Origin: the human T2T-CHM13v2.0 reference genome, Homo sapiens
Assembly (NCBI RefSeq): GCF_009914755.1
Contig: NC_060927.1
Strand: one strand, 5' to 3'
DNA length: 64,000 bases
The notes beneath the pieces were generated by a model, which was not told the origin of the DNA, made no database searches, and worked only from the letters and a program-made list of their open reading frames with translations. A program made the position numbers and the translations under genes. The stretch's first letter is position 1, and every line of letters starts with the position of its first letter. Positions 38,529 through 58,771 of this stretch are shown piece after piece.

Positions 38529-41086
38529 GAAGCCATGTTGAGTTCTTCTTTAATAATTAGAGAAGGGAAGATGTTTTGTTCAGAGTCTTCCTAGTTGCTT
38601 GATCCCAATATGGTAAACAGTTCACATTTTTCCATTTTCATGTTTTATCCTGAAGCAACAGAGCATTACATTAATTGACTTGTCTTATTAATTCAGTAAG
38701 CTGCTTCCAGGATGAAATGCTTAGCTATGCTTGTTTGTTTTGGGCCCTTTTTTGGTTATTGGGTGAAAGCTTCAAGGCTTAAACCACTCTGATGTTTTTC
38801 ACAATCACTGAAAAATTTTATGCACTGGTGAAGATTCACCACATTTGAAATGACTTCAAACTTCTAGTTTTTCATTATTTTATAATTTAATTCACACTTT
38901 TTAGTATGATAAGAAAATATTGAGTGGTTCACATATTGTAGTAGGATATTTGCTCATAGTTAGAGCTGTGTTTTAGCATTTATTGTGAATGGCATTCAAT
39001 GCAGTTAAATGTGGTAGACTTAAATAAAGTCAAAATAAACAACCATGTAACAATAACAACTCTAGCCAAAAACAGTGAAATGTGGGCTTCACATACTTTT
39101 TTCAAATTTATTTTTTAATTGACATAAAAATTATGTATACGTATTATGTACAACATGAGGTATTGGAGTATCTATATACACATTGTGGAATGGCTAAATC
39201 TAGCTTATTAACAAATGAATTACTTCTTATCATTATTTTTGTGGTGAGAACTCTTAAAATCCACTTTATTAACACTTTTCAAGAATACAATATATTGTCA
39301 TTAACTATAGTCACTGCATTATACAATAGATCTCCGAACTTATTCCTCCTATCTAGCTGTAAGTGTATAGCCCTTGACCAACATTTCCCTACCCTACTTC
39401 CTCCTAACCAACCCAGCTGCTGGTAGACACCACTCTGCTCTCTACTTCTATGAGATCAACTATTTCAGATTCTGCTTATGAATGAAATCATGCAGTATTT
39501 ATTCCTCCGTACTTGGCTTAATTCACTTAATACTATGTCCTCCAGGTTCATCCATGTTGTCACAAATGATAGAATTGCCTTCTCTTTAAATGGCTGAATA
39601 GTACTCCATTATGTATGTATACAACATATTTTATTTAACCATTTGTCTGTTGTTGGGCACTTAAGTTGATTCCAAATCTTGGCTATTGTGAATAGTGCTG
39701 CAATAAACATGGGAGTTCAGCTATCTCTTCAACATACTGATTTCATATCCTTTGGATACATACCCAGTAGTGGGATTGCTGGATCACACAGTAGTTCTAT
39801 TTTTAATTTTTTGAGGAACCTCTATACTGTTTTCCATAATGGAAGTACATTCTCACCAACAGTGCACAGGTTTTTCCTTTTTTCCACATCCTTGTCAACA
39901 CTAGTTATCTTCTATCTTTTTTGTAATAGCCATTTTTCAGGAGTGAGGGAATATCTCACTGTTGTTTTGATTTGTATTTCCCTGATGATGGCTGATGTGG
40001 AGCATTTTTTCATATAACTGTTGGCCATTTTTATGTCTTCTTTTGAGAAATGTCTATTCATTTTTTTTCTCCTTTTCATATCAGGTTTTTTTTCTTGCTA
40101 TTGAGTTGTTTGAGTTCCTTTTAGATTCTGGATATTATTAACTCCGTACCAGATGTATAGATTCTAAGTATTTTCCCCCATTCTGTAAGTTGTCTCTTCA
40201 CTCTGTTGATTATTTCCTTTGTTGTACAGAAACCAACAAAGGATTTTTAATTTCTTTAGGTTTAATTTTTTGTGTGTTTTTAATTTTTCTAATGGTGTTT
40301 TTTTATGTAATCCTATTTGTCTAATTTTGCTTTTGTTGCCTGTGATTTTTAGGTCATAACCAGAAAATAATTGTCCACATCACAAGTGTCATGGAGATTT
40401 TATCCTATGTTTTCTTTGAGTAGTTTCATAGATTCAGGACTTAAATTGAAATCTTTAACCCATTTTGAATTGATTTTTGTATATGGTAAGAGATAAAGGT
40501 TTAATTTCATTTTTCTACATGTAGATATCCAGTTTTCCCAACACAATTTACTGACATGACTGTCTCTTCGCCATGATGTGTTCTTGGCACCTTTGTCAAA
40601 AATCTGTTGGCTGTGAATGTATTAGTTTATTTCTGGGCTCACTATTATGTTCCACTTGCCTATGTGTCTGTTTTTATGCAAGTGCCATGTTGTTTTGGTT
40701 ACTATAGGTTTGCAGTATATTTTGAAGTCAGGTAGTATAATGTCTCCAGCTTTGTTCTTTTTGCTCAAGATTGCTTTTGCTATTCAGGGTCTTTTTTTGT
40801 TGTTGTTCCATATAAATTTTAAACTTGTTTTTTCTATTTCTGTGAAGAATGTCATTGGTATTTTAATAGGTATAGCATTAAATCTGTACATCGCTTTGGA
40901 TAGTATAGACATTTTAACAATGTTAATTCATGCAATCTATAAGCATGTGATATCTTTCCATTTATTTGTGTCTTTAATTTCTTTCATCAATGTTTTATAA
41001 TTTTCAGTATAGAGCTCTTTCTCCTCCTTTGATAATTTATTCCTAAGAATTTTATTTTTTGTAACTATTATAAATGTTTTCTTGAC

Positions 41087-41388
<302 letters not shown>

Positions 41389-44300
41389 TGACGTCTTTTT
41401 TAGAGAGTTCACTGTTAGTGTACAGAAATGTTGATTTGTGTTTGTTGACTTTGTATCCTGCAACTTCACTGAATTTGTTTATCAGTTCTCACAGCTTTTT
41501 AATAGAATCTGTTGGGTTTTCTATGTATAGATCAAGTCATCTCCAAATATGGACAATTTAACTTCCTCCCTTCCAATTTGGGTGCCTTTTATTTCTTTCA
41601 TTTTCTTAATTACTTTAGCTAAAACTTCCAGTATTATAATGAATACAAGCGGCAAGAGTGGTCATCCTTGTCTTGTTTCAGATTTTAGAGGAAAACTTTC
41701 AACTTTTCCCTGTTCTGTATAATGTTGGCCATGAGTTTGTCAAATATGGCCTTTATTTGTGTTGAGACACATTCTTTCTATATTTTTTTGTTGAGAGTTT
41801 CTATAATGAAGTATTGTTATATTTTGTGAAATCATTTTTTACACCTATTGAAATGATCATATGTTTTTTGTTCTTCATTCTTTTAATGTGATGTATCATG
41901 TTTATAGATTTGTGTATGTTGAACCACCCTTGCATCCTTGAAAGGAATCTCACTTCATCATGGTGAATGATTTTTTCAATGCACTCTTGAATTCTGTTCC
42001 CTGGTATTTTGTTTAGGATTTTTACATCTATGTTTGTTAGGGATATTAGACTATAGTTTTGTTGTAGTTGTTGTGTCTTAGTCTAGTTTCGGTATCAGGG
42101 TAATGATGGCCTTGCAAAATGAGTTTGGTAATATTCCTACCTCTTCAATTTTTTGAAGAGTTTTAGAAAAATTGGTACTTCTTCTTTAAATGTTTGGTAG
42201 AAATCAGCAGTGAAGCCATCAAGTCTTGGGCTTTTTTTGTTGGGAGACTTTTTATTACTGATGCAATGTCCTTACTCATTATTGGTCTGTTCAGATTTTC
42301 TATTTCTTCATAATTCAACCTTTGTAGATTGTATGTGTCAGAAATGTATCTATTGCTTTTAGATTATCCAATTTTTGGCATATAATTGTTCATAATAGTC
42401 TTTTATCCTTTGTATTTCTGTGATATCAATTATAATCTCTCCTTTTTATCTATTTATTTGAGTCTTTTTTTCTTAGTCTAGCCAAAGTGTTGTCAATTTT
42501 GTGTATTTTTTCAAAACACCAACTCTTTGTTTCATTGATATTTTCTATTGTTTTTCTGGTCTCTTCAGTTTACTTCTGCTCTGTTCTTTATTATTTCTTT
42601 CCTTCTACTAATTTGGGTTTTGGTTTGTTTTTGCTTTTCTTGTTCCTTGAGGGCTGGTTATCAGGTTGTTTATTTGAGATCTTTCTACTTTTTTGATGTA
42701 GGCATTTATTGCTGTAAACTTACCTCTTAGAACTGCTTTTGCTGTATCCCATTGGTTTTGGTATGTTATGTTTCCATTTTCATTTGTTTCAAGAAATGTT
42801 TAAATTTTTTAATTGCCCCATTTGTTGTTCAGTAGCATGTTGTTTAATTTCCATGTATGTGTGAATTATTTAAACTCCTTCTTTTATTGATTTCTAGTTC
42901 TATTCCATTGTGATCAGAAAATATACTTGATAGTAATATGATTTCAATATTTTAGGTTTATTATGACGTTTTGTGGCCTAACATATGATCTGTCCTGGAG
43001 AATGTTCCATGTGCAGTTGAAAAGAATGTGTATTCCGCTGCTGTTAGATAGAGAGTTCCATACATGTCTGTTAAGTTCATTTGGTCTAAACTGTAATTTA
43101 AGTCCAATGTTTTCTTGTTGATTTTCTGTCTGGGTGATCTGTCATTGATGAAAGTGAGGTGTTGAAATGCCCTGGTATTACTGTATGGGAGTCTACCTCT
43201 TCCTTCATATCTATTAATATTTGCTTCCTCTATTTCAGTACTCTAACGTTGGATACTTGTATATTTATAATTGTTATATCTTCTTGTTAAATTGACCTCT
43301 TTATCATTATATAATGACCTTCTTTGTCTCTTATAGGTTTTGACTTAAGGTCTATTTTATATCCAATTTAAGTGTAACTATTCCTCCTTTCTCTTGGTTT
43401 CCATTTACATGGAATATCTTTTTCTATCCCTTTACTTTTAGTCTATGTGTGTCCTTCCTTATGTAGGCAGCATATACTTGAGTCTCGTTTTGTAAAATTT
43501 ATCCAGCCATGCTTTGTCTTTTAATTGGATAATTTAATCCATGTACATTCAAGGTAATTATTTGTAGGTAAGGACTTAGTATTGCCATTTTGTTCATTGT
43601 TTTCTAGTTGTTTTGCAGATACTTTCCACCTTTCTTCCTCTCTTTGTAGTTTAGTGATTTTCTGTAGTAGTATGTTTTGATGCCTTGCTTTCTATTTTTT
43701 GTTTATCTATTATAGGATTTTGCTTTGTGATTATCATGAGTCTTACAAAAACGTCTTTTAACAGATTGTTTTGAGCTGAAAACGATTTAATTTTAAATGC
43801 AAAAAGCCCCTCTGAGGCAAGATTGCCAACTAGACACAGCCAGAGGGATCCTCTGCCACTGAAGGACTGGAACATCAGGAGGACTGGTGCACTCTTAGCA
43901 GATTTCAGAGGGAAGGCAGTGAGACTGGACAGAGGGAAGACATAGATGCTGGGCTGAAGGGGGAAAATGCTGGAAACCATACATGAAGCTACCATCCCCC
44001 CAGATTCATTCCTGGCCACCAGTAACTCCTGGGGAAGGGGTGAGTTGAACAGGCAAGAAGCAACCCACTCTTACCAAAGGCCTCTGGAATACAGGCAGGA
44101 GGAGACCCCATGACCCCCACAGACACTTGAGTTGGCAGGGAGACCTGCTTAGAGAAATGGTAGGAGCAGAACTACAGCCAGAGTGGAGCCCAGAGGGTTT
44201 GGTGCAGGAGCATCTGTAGTGTAGCACAGCCAGGAACGGCCACCCCACTAGGCTTAACTTGCTCCCATAAGAGACTTTAGCCCTAGCGGGAACTGTCAGA

Positions 44301-46380
44301 CCTGAACTCTACAGGATGGTCTTGCCTCGGAGATGGGGCCACTCCAACCCAAGCAACCCTCAATTTACTGACCCCAGCCTGGCCACTCTTGCTTGCAGTA
44401 CAGTCTCAGCTGTCCAGGAAATACCTCCTAGGGGCCCACATTATAGCTCTTGTACTGGTAGATCACACCTGACAACAGAGAGCTGCAGCAGAGTGGCCCC
44501 TACAGACACACACCAGCCTGCCCATGCCCTCCCCCAACTGCAGCCTCCCTCATGCTGCTTTACCTGCATGCACTCACCCACAGCCATTCCCCAAATTTCT
44601 TTGATGGTGAGTGTGTGCAGAGGCAGACCTTGCCTCCCCTTTCCCACTAGCATGCATGGCACATGCTCCCTGACACACACTGCTGCTGGTGTGAGTGCAT
44701 ACTCTCACCGGCCACACATCACCATTGCTATTAGAGTGTTGGTGCCCAGAGCTCACCAGCCACACACACACCAGCACCCCACACCTGCCAGCCCCCAACC
44801 CCATAGTAACACTACCACCTACCCAAAAATAGTTGTGGAGAACCGTAGACCCACCCCCACCCTGAGAAGCCACTGCCACCTGCATAAATGCACACAGAGG
44901 GCTCACACAGCCCTGCATCCACCAGTACCCCACCACTGTGTTAACACCACCATCAGCATGAACACACAGACACCACTGGGGGCCCCTGTCACTCCATGCT
45001 GTACTGCCACCACCACTGCTATGAATGCCTGCATGGAGGCCAGCAGCCCAGCACCTGCTAGCGCCCTGCCACAGCTGACAAGTGTGCACCCTGCCATGCT
45101 GCCACTGCCACTGCCACTGCTGCTGACACATACAAATGAGGATGGATCCCACAGCCAGCACACTATGAAACACTTTGGCTGGCACCACCCATTGGAGTAT
45201 TGTGACTGGCAGGCTGGGAGCACCTCAGCCCTTCCAGTGCAACAGGTTCCTAACCTCAAGGAACCAGAGAACAAAGCTGGGGCCCAATACCAGTCCCCCA
45301 GAGTTACAGCATGCATTCCAGGAATCCTAAGCTGAGTCTTGGTCCCCTAAAATCTTCCAGAAATGAAGCCAGTCAACTGAAACCACCTTATACCACAATC
45401 AAACCTCCAAGGTCACCAAATAGGATAAAAGAAAAATAACCTATCCAAAGGACGACAACTTCAAAGATTGAAGGAACATCAGCCCACAGAGATGAGAAAG
45501 AAACAGGACAAGAACTCTGCCAACTCAAAAAGCCAGAGTGCCTTCTTTCCTCCAAATGATGATATAGTTCTCCAGCAAGGGTTCTTAACCAGGCTGCAAT
45601 GTCTAAAATGACAGAAATAGAATTCAGAATATGGATAGGAAGGAAGATTATTGAAGTTCAGGAGAACATCAAAACTCAATCCAAGGAAGCTAAGAAACAC
45701 AATAAAGTACTACAGGAGCTGACAGACAAAATAGCCAGTATAGAAAAGAATGTAACAAACCTGATAGAGCTGCAAAACACACTACAAGAATTTTACAATG
45801 CAGTTGCAAGTATTAATAGAAAAATCGACCAAGTTGAGGAAAGAATCTCAGAGCTTGAAGACGACCTGTATGAAATAAGACATTAGACAAGAATAAAGTA
45901 TAAAAGAAATAAAGTGAACAAAATCTCCAAAAAATATGAGATTATTTAAAAGACCAAATCTATGACTCAGTGGTATCCCTGAAAGAGATGGGGAGAATGG
46001 AAGCAATGTGGAAAATGTATTTCGGGATATCATCCATGAGAACTTCACCAACCTAGCTAAGAGGCCAAAATTCAAATTCAAGAAATGCAGAGAACCCCTA
46101 CAAGATAATTCACAAGAAGATCACCTCAAGATGCATAATCTTCAGATTCTCCAAGGTCAGAATGAAAGAAAAAATTTTGAAAGCAGCTAGAGAAAAAGGA
46201 CAGGTCACCTACAAAGGGAAGCCCAACAGACTTAACAGTGGGCCTCTCAGCAGAAACCCTGCAAGCCAGAAGAGTTTGGGGGCCTATGTTCAACCTTCTT
46301 AAAGAAAAGAAATTCCAGCCAAAAATTTCATATCCAGCCAAACTAAGCTTCATAAGTGAAGGAGAAATAAGATCCTTTCC

Positions 46381-46686
46381 TTTTTTTTTTTTTTTTTTTT
46401 TGAGATGGAGTCTCGCTCTGTTGCCCAGGCTGGAATGCAGTGACATGATCTCGGCTCGCTGCAAGCTCTGCCTCCCGAGTTCACACCATTTTTCCTGCCA
46501 CAGCCTCCCAAGTAGCTGGGACTACAGGTGCCCACCACCACGCCTGGCTAATTTTTTTTGTATTTTTTAGTAGAGACGGGTTTTCACCATGTTAGCCAGG
46601 ATGGTCTCGATCTCCTGACCTCATGATCCACCTGCCTCGGCCTCCCAAAATACTGGGATTACAGGCGTGAGCCACCGCACCTGGCC
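46381..46686 (-). mobile_element. AluY inside ORF1 of the nested L1
   Basis: Y-type tgcaagctc...ttcacaccatt and gttagccaggatggtctcgatctcc; TSD aagatccttt at 46369-46378 and 46687-46696. Confidence 0.92.
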
Positions 46687-47798
46687 AAGATCCTTTTCAG
46701 ACAAAGAAATGCTGAGGGAATTTGTTACCAGCAGACGTGCCTTAAAACAGCTCCTGAAAGAAGCACTACATATATAAAGGAAACAGCATTAGCAGCCACC
46801 ACAAAAAAACACTGAACTACACAGACCAATGACACTATAAAGTAACCACACAAGCAAGTCTGCATAATAACCAGCTAACAACATTACAACAGGATCAATT
46901 CCACACATATCAATACTAACCTTGAATCTAAATCAACTAAATGCCCTCAATTAAAAGGCACAGAGTGGCAAGTTGAATAAAGAAGCACAACCCATTGGTA
47001 TGCTATTTTCAAGAGGCCCATCTTACATGAAGTGACATACATAGCCTCAAAATAAAGGGATGAAGAAAAATGTATCAAGAAAATGGAAAACAGAAAAAAA
47101 TAGGAGTTGTAATCCTAGCTTTTGATGAAACAGACCTTAAACCAACAAAGGTCGAAAAAGACAAAGAAGGGCATTACATAATGGTAGATGGTTCAATTCA
47201 ACAAGATCTAACTATCCTAAATATATATGCATCCAACACAAGAGCCCTCAGATTCATACATAAGTTTTTAGTGACCTTCAAAGAGACTTAGACTCTCACA
47301 CTATAATAGTAGGAGGCTTCAACGCCCCACTTACACTATTAAATACATCATCAGTGCAGAAAATTAACAGGACATTTAGGACCTGAACTCAGCACTGGAC
47401 CAAATGAATGTGATAGACATCTACAGAACACTCCACTAGAAAAACAACAGAATATATATTCTTCTCATCGCCACATGGCACATAATCTAAAATCAACCAC
47501 ACAATTGGACATTAAAAACATCTTCAGCAGACACAAAATAAATGAAATCATACCAATCATTCTCTCAGACCACAGTGCAATAAAATTAGAAATCAAGACT
47601 AAGAAAATGACTCAAAACCATACATTTATATGCAAATTAAACAACCTGTTCCTGAATGGCTTTTGGGCAAATAATGAAATTAAGGCAGAAATCAATTTCT
47701 TTGAAACTAGTAAGAGCAAAGATCCAAAATACCAGAATCTCTGGAACATAGCTAACACAATGTTAAAGTGGGCATTTACGGTACTAAATGTCCACATT

Positions 47799-48130
<332 letters not shown>

Positions 48131-51100
48131 CTAGCAGAAGACAAGAAATAACAAAAATCAGAGCTGAACTGAAAGAGACTGAGACATAAGAAAACCATTC
48201 AAAAGATCAACAAATTCAGGAGCTGGTTTTTTGAAAAATAAAATAAAATAGAACACTAGCTAGACTAACACAGGACAAAAGAGAGAAGATTCAAATAAAC
48301 ACAATTATAACTGGTAAAGGGAACGTTACCCCTGACCCCATAGAAATATAAATAACCATCAGAAGCTACTAGGAACACCTCTATGAACACAAACTAGAAA
48401 ATCTATAAGAAATGGACACATACACCTTCCCAAGACTAATCCAGGAATAAATTGAATCCATGAATAGACCAATAATGCATGCAAAATTGAATCAGTCTAC
48501 CAAGCAAAAAAAGCTCAGAATTAATTCACAGCTGAATTCTACCAGATGTATAAAGAAGGACTTGGTACCATTCCTAATGAAACTAAGCAAAAAAATTGAG
48601 GAGGGACTCCTCCCTAACTCATTTTACAAGGCCAACATCATCCTGATATCCAAACCTGGCAGAGACACAACAAAAAAAGAAAACTTCAGGCCAATATTCC
48701 TGATGAACACTGATGCAAAAATACGCAACAATATACTGACAAACTGACTCCAGCAGCACATCAAAAAGATAATCCAATATGATCAAGTAGGCTTCATTCC
48801 TGGGATGCTGGTTCAACACATGCAAATTATAAATGTGATTCATCATATAAACAGAACTAAAGACAAAAACCCCATGATCATCTTAATAGGTGAAGAAATG
48901 GCTTTTGATAAAATTCAACATCCCTTCATGCTAAAAACTCTCAATAAACTAGGTATTGATGGAACATACCTCAAAATAATGAGATCCATCTATTATAAAC
49001 CTACAGCCAACATCATACTGAATGGACAAAAGCTATAATCATTCCCCTTGAAAACTAGCACAAGACAAGGATGTCCACTCTCACCACTCTTATCCAACAT
49101 AGTATTGGAAGTCCTGGCCAGGGCAATCAGGAAAAAGAAGGAATTAAAGGCATCCAATAGTAAGAGAGGGGGTTGAACTATTTCTGTTTGCAGACAGCAT
49201 TATTTTATATCTAGAAAAACCCATAGCCTCGATCCAAAAGCTCCTTCTGCTAATAAGCAACTTCAACAGTTTCAGGATACAAAATCAACATAAAAAAGAC
49301 TAGCATTCCTGTACGCCAACAACAGCCAAGCTGAGAGCCAAATCAGGAATTCAATCCCATTCATAGTTGCCACAAAAGAAAAAAATGCCTAGGAATATAG
49401 CTAACCAGGGAGGTGAAAGACCTCTACAATGAGAATTACAAAACACTGCTCAAAGAAATCAGAGATGACACAAACAAATGAAAAAAACCTTCAATGCTTA
49501 TGGATAGGAAGAATCAGTATCATTAAAATGGTTATACTGCCCAAAGCAATGCTATTCCTATCAAATTACTAATGACATTCTTCACAGAACTATGAAAAAT
49601 ATTTAAAATTTATATGGAACCTGAATAGAGCCCAAATAGCCAAGGCAACCCTAAGCAAAAGGAAAAAAAATAGGGGCATCATGTTACCGGACTTCAAAGT
49701 TTACTACAGACCTACAGTAACTGAAACAGCATGGTAAATAGACAACAGAAACAGATACATAGACCAATGGAACAAAACAGAACAGAGAACCCAGAAATAA
49801 GGACACACACTTACAATTATTTGATCTTCAACAAAGCTGACAAAAATAAGCAATAAGGAAAGGAGTCCCTATTTAATAAATGGTGCTGGGATAACTGGCT
49901 ACCCATATGAAGAAGATTGAAACTGGACTCTTTCCTTTCACCATATACAAAAATTAACTCAAGATGGCTTAAAGACTTAAATGTAAAACCCAAAACTATA
50001 AAAACCCTAGAAGAAAATCTAGGCAATACTAGTCAGGATGTGGGCATGAGCAAAGATTTTTTGATGAAAACATCAAAAACAATAGCAACAAAAGCAAAAA
50101 TTGACAAATGGGATCCAATTAAACTAAACAGTTCTGCACAGCAAAAGAAACTATCATTGGAGTGAACAGACAACCTACAGAATGGGAAAACATTTTGCAG
50201 TCTATTTATCTGACAAAGGTCTAATATCCAGAATCTACAAGAAACTTAAACAAATTTATAAGAATAAAACAACCCATTAAGAAGTGGCCAAAGGACATGA
50301 ACAGCCACTTATCAAAATAAGACATACATATGGCCAACAAGCATATGAAAAAAGAAAAGCTCAATGTCACTGATCATTAGAGAAATGCAAATCAAAACCA
50401 CAATGAAATATTATGTCACATCAGTCAGAATAGCTATTGTTAAAAAGTCAAAAAATAGCAGATGCTGGCAAGGTTGCAGAGAAAAAGGTATGCTTATACA
50501 CTGTTGGTGGGAGTGTAAATTAGTTCAACCATTGTAAAAAGCAATCTGGCAGTTCCTCAAAGTGCTAAAACAGAACTACAATTTGACCCAGAAATCCCAC
50601 TACTAGGTATATACCTAAAAGAATATAAATCATTCTATCATAAAGATGCATGCAAGCATATGTTCATTGCAGCACTATTCACAATAGCAAGGGCATGGAA
50701 TCAACCTAAATGCCCATCAATGGTAGACTGGATATAGAAAATATAGTACATGTATACCATAGCATACTATGCAGCATAAAAAAAATGAGATCATGTCTTT
50801 TACGGGAACATGGTTGGAGCTGGAGACCATTATCCTCAGCAAACTAATGCAGGAATAGAAAACCAAATACTACATGCTCTCACTTACAAGTGTGAGCTAA
50901 ATAATGAGAACACACGGACACAAGAGGGGAACAGCAGACACTGGGGCCTACTTGAGGGTGGAGGGTGGAGGGATGGAGAGGATCAGAAAAAATAACTATT
51001 GAGTACTGGGCTTAGTATCCGGGTAATAAAATAATCTGTACAACAAACCCCCATGACATAAGTTTATATAACAGACCTATACATGTACCCCTGAACCTAA

Positions 51101-54100
51101 AAAAAAGTTTTTTTTTAAAAAAGCCCAGTTATCTTAAAAAAAACCCTCTCCCTTTTTTACTCTCCCCCTATATTTTGAATTTTTGATGTCATAATTTACA
51201 CATTTTAATATTGCATATCTCTAAAATTATTGTAGTTATCATTTTTAATAGTTTGCTCTTTTAACCTTTATACTAGAGATATAAATAAATTACAGATCAC
51301 CATTATAATATTAGAGTATTCTAAATTTGACTGTGTACTTACTTTTGCCAGTAGGTTTTATACTTTCAGATGTTTTTATGTTAATAGTGTCCTTTTCTTA
51401 CAGCTCGAAGAACTTCTTTTGGCATTTCTTTTAAGACAGGTCTGGTGGTAGTGAACTCCCTCAGCTTTTGTTTGTCTGGGAAAGTCTTTATCTCCCCTTC
51501 ATTTCTGGTGGATAGCTTTGCGGGATACAGCATCCTTGCTTGGCATTTATTTCTCTTCAACACTTTGAATATATCATCCCACTGGTCTGTAAGGTTTCTG
51601 CTATGTAGTCTGCTTCTAGGCATATTGGATGTCCCTTGTATGTTATTTTCGTCATTTATCTTCCTGCTTTCAGGCTCCTTTTTTCATCTTCAAGCTTTGA
51701 CGGTTTGATTATAATATGTCATGGGGTACAATATGCCTTGGGGTAGGAGTAGTCTTATTTGATTTGAATCAGGTTTTTGACCTTTCTTTACCTGAACATT
51801 TATTTTTCTCCAGGTTTTGAAGGTTTTCTGCTATAGCTTCTTTAAATAAATTTTCTACCCCCTTTGTCTTTCTCTATTTCCTTTTTAACTCAAAATAACT
51901 CAGACCTTTGCTTTTTTGATGCTGCCGCATAAATCCTGTAAGCTTTCTTTATTCCCTTTCATTCATTGTTCTTTTTTCTCCTATAACTATGTATTTTCAA
52001 CAACCTGTCTACAAGTTCACAGATTCTTCTGCTTAATTAATTCTGCTCTAGATGCCTTCTATTGCATTTTTCTTTTTGTTTATTGTATCTTTAAGCTCCA
52101 GAATTTGTTTAATTTTTTTTATTATTTCAGTCTCTCTGTTAAATTGTTCAGTGTGGTCATTTACTGTTTTCCTAATTTTGTTTAATTGTTTCTCTGTAGT
52201 TTATTGAAGTTTGCTGGGCTTCATTAAAATAGTATTTTTAATCTTTGTCAAGTGGTTCATACGTTTCCATCTTTTTGGGGTTGGTCACTGGAACTTTATT
52301 TTGTCACTTTGATATTGGTCTTTGTTTTGTTTTGTTTTTTCATGTTTCTCTGATTGTTCTTGATTCTTGTGGTCATGCATAGGTGTCTGCACATTGAAGA
52401 AGTACTTATTTCTGTCTTCACAGTTTGGCTTTGTCTGGGAATGCCCTTCACAGAATGCCTGTGATTGCAGAGATTCTGGGTAGGTCTCTAGCATGTTTGC
52501 TAAGTCTGTGATCACTGCAACTGTTGCAGTGCTAGGGAGTACCCTAAGCCCAGAACTGCTGTGGTTGGCACAATGCTGAGTTGGAATTGTCTGGCTGCTG
52601 AGGCTGGCATAGCATGTGGCACAGCCAAAGTCTACAGCTGCTGAGGCCTGCCTGCTGCCGAAGTCTTTCTGAGATCCAAGGCCATTGTAGTCAGCCAGCT
52701 GTGGTACAGGCCAGAGATTGAATCCATTTCACGGGGACGATGGGTTCCCACCTGACACTGGGGCTCAGTCCAGGGTATAAGACTGCATTTAGGGACGATG
52801 AGGGTCTGCCTGGTGCTGGGTTTTTCTGTGGTAGTCTCAGTGTTGGGGACCAAGGCAAAGTTCGATGTTCACTTTCCTCTCTTTCTCCTAAGGGAATGGT
52901 ATCTCTCTGTGTGCCGTGTTGCCTGGGATTGGGGAAAAGATGACACAGGTAATATAAAGCTGTTCCTTCTACCCTCTTCAGTGTGTCTTTTTTTATTATT
53001 ATGCTATAGCCATATAGCTCTTGTAAAGGTATTTTTGTGTGTGGATAGTTGTTTAAGTGGATTCTTCTGCAGGACAATGATTGCTGGAGAGTTCTATTCT
53101 ACCATCCTGCTCTGTCCTTTCCAATACTTTTTTTGGAAATCAGATTAGGTAATAAATTTAGTAGAAAGTGAAATCTTCTACATACATGGGGCAGAGAGGG
53201 AGAAGAATCTAGGTATTTAAGAGAATGAAATCTTGCAAGAATTAAAATAAATTTCAGTAGTAACTTTTAAAGGACTTCTCAAACTTAAATTGTGGCTTTT
53301 CTTTTCCCTAAAACCCTTTGGTATAGGACCAGAATAGAATGTACAGATGGGTGCCTAATGTGTGTTTTTAACGAGATTTATATTGATGATGATACATATG
53401 CTATTTTATGAAAACACATGGGATAGGTACTAAAGCGTGGCAAGGGGTGTTTTAAACAATTATTAGCAATTTAGATAGTAATCTCAAGGACAATTTAAAA
53501 TTTATGTTTTTATTATTGTATAAAAAGGATTTAAAGGCAAAAATGAAGACAGTGTCATCTCTCTACAAGGACACAGATGTGCATGTGTTTTCTTTTGCTT
53601 CTTTGTAAAGAGGTCATTAAACAATAGATTTTGCAAACTCCAAAAAGGTTTAAAATGCTTATTCTACAAAAAAGTTTGACATATTGAGCCTGAAAAGCAA
53701 CTAATTCCTAGACAAGTGGGTTTAATATGAATAAATATTTGTGGCTCAATGCTCACTTAGGCTTGTTACAAAATGTGGAAGTAACTAAATATGATTGCAA
53801 GTTTTGCTGTGGTGTATTACAGTAAAGCCTCATGCAAACCAAAGATGAATACATTAGGTAAAATAATTTTAAGTCCATGAAATTGATTTTATTAACAAGT
53901 TTTTCAGTACTAATATTATGAAAATTGATAATAATGAAAAATATGAAGTCAGTACCTTGGACTTTGAATCTTATAGGACATGCCTCAGGGCTTCTTCTGT
54001 TAGCTCTGAAACTTCGCAAACTACTTACTTGCCTCTACACAAAACATAGCAAAAGAATTGGAAACATGTGAGTCCATGTATTCATTCCTTCATTTGAACA

Positions 54101-54132
54101 TTCAGTTATTCATTTATTTAAAATCCATTCAT

Positions 54133-54550
<418 letters not shown>

Positions 54551-54844
54551 ATCCATTCATTCAACAAATATTTCTTGAATACCTCCTACATATCAGTTTT
54601 TTTCCCAATTTGTTTTTTTTTTCCTAATTTTTTTACTATTATTATACTTTAAGTTCCAGGGTACATGTGCACAAAGTGCAGATTTGTTACATAGGTGTAC
54701 ATATGCCATGTTGGTTTGCTGCACCCATCAACTCGTCATTTGCATTAGGTATTCCTCTTAATGCAATCCCTCCCCCTGCACTGCACCCCACGACGTGCCC
54801 CTGTGTGTGATATTCCTTGCCCTGTGTCCAAGTGTTCTCATTGT

Positions 54845-58708
<3,864 letters not shown>

Positions 58709-58771
58709 TATGATGTTCGCTGGTTATTTTGCCCATTAACTGATGCAGTTTCCTCCTAGCATTGATGGTCT

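Noticed and set aside
44316-45335. 339-aa Pro/His/Thr-rich ORF and overlapping antisense ORFs
   Set aside because: It lies wholly in the C-rich 5'UTR of the nested L1PA15/16-like element, where stop codons are compositionally rare. It has no recognisable domain.
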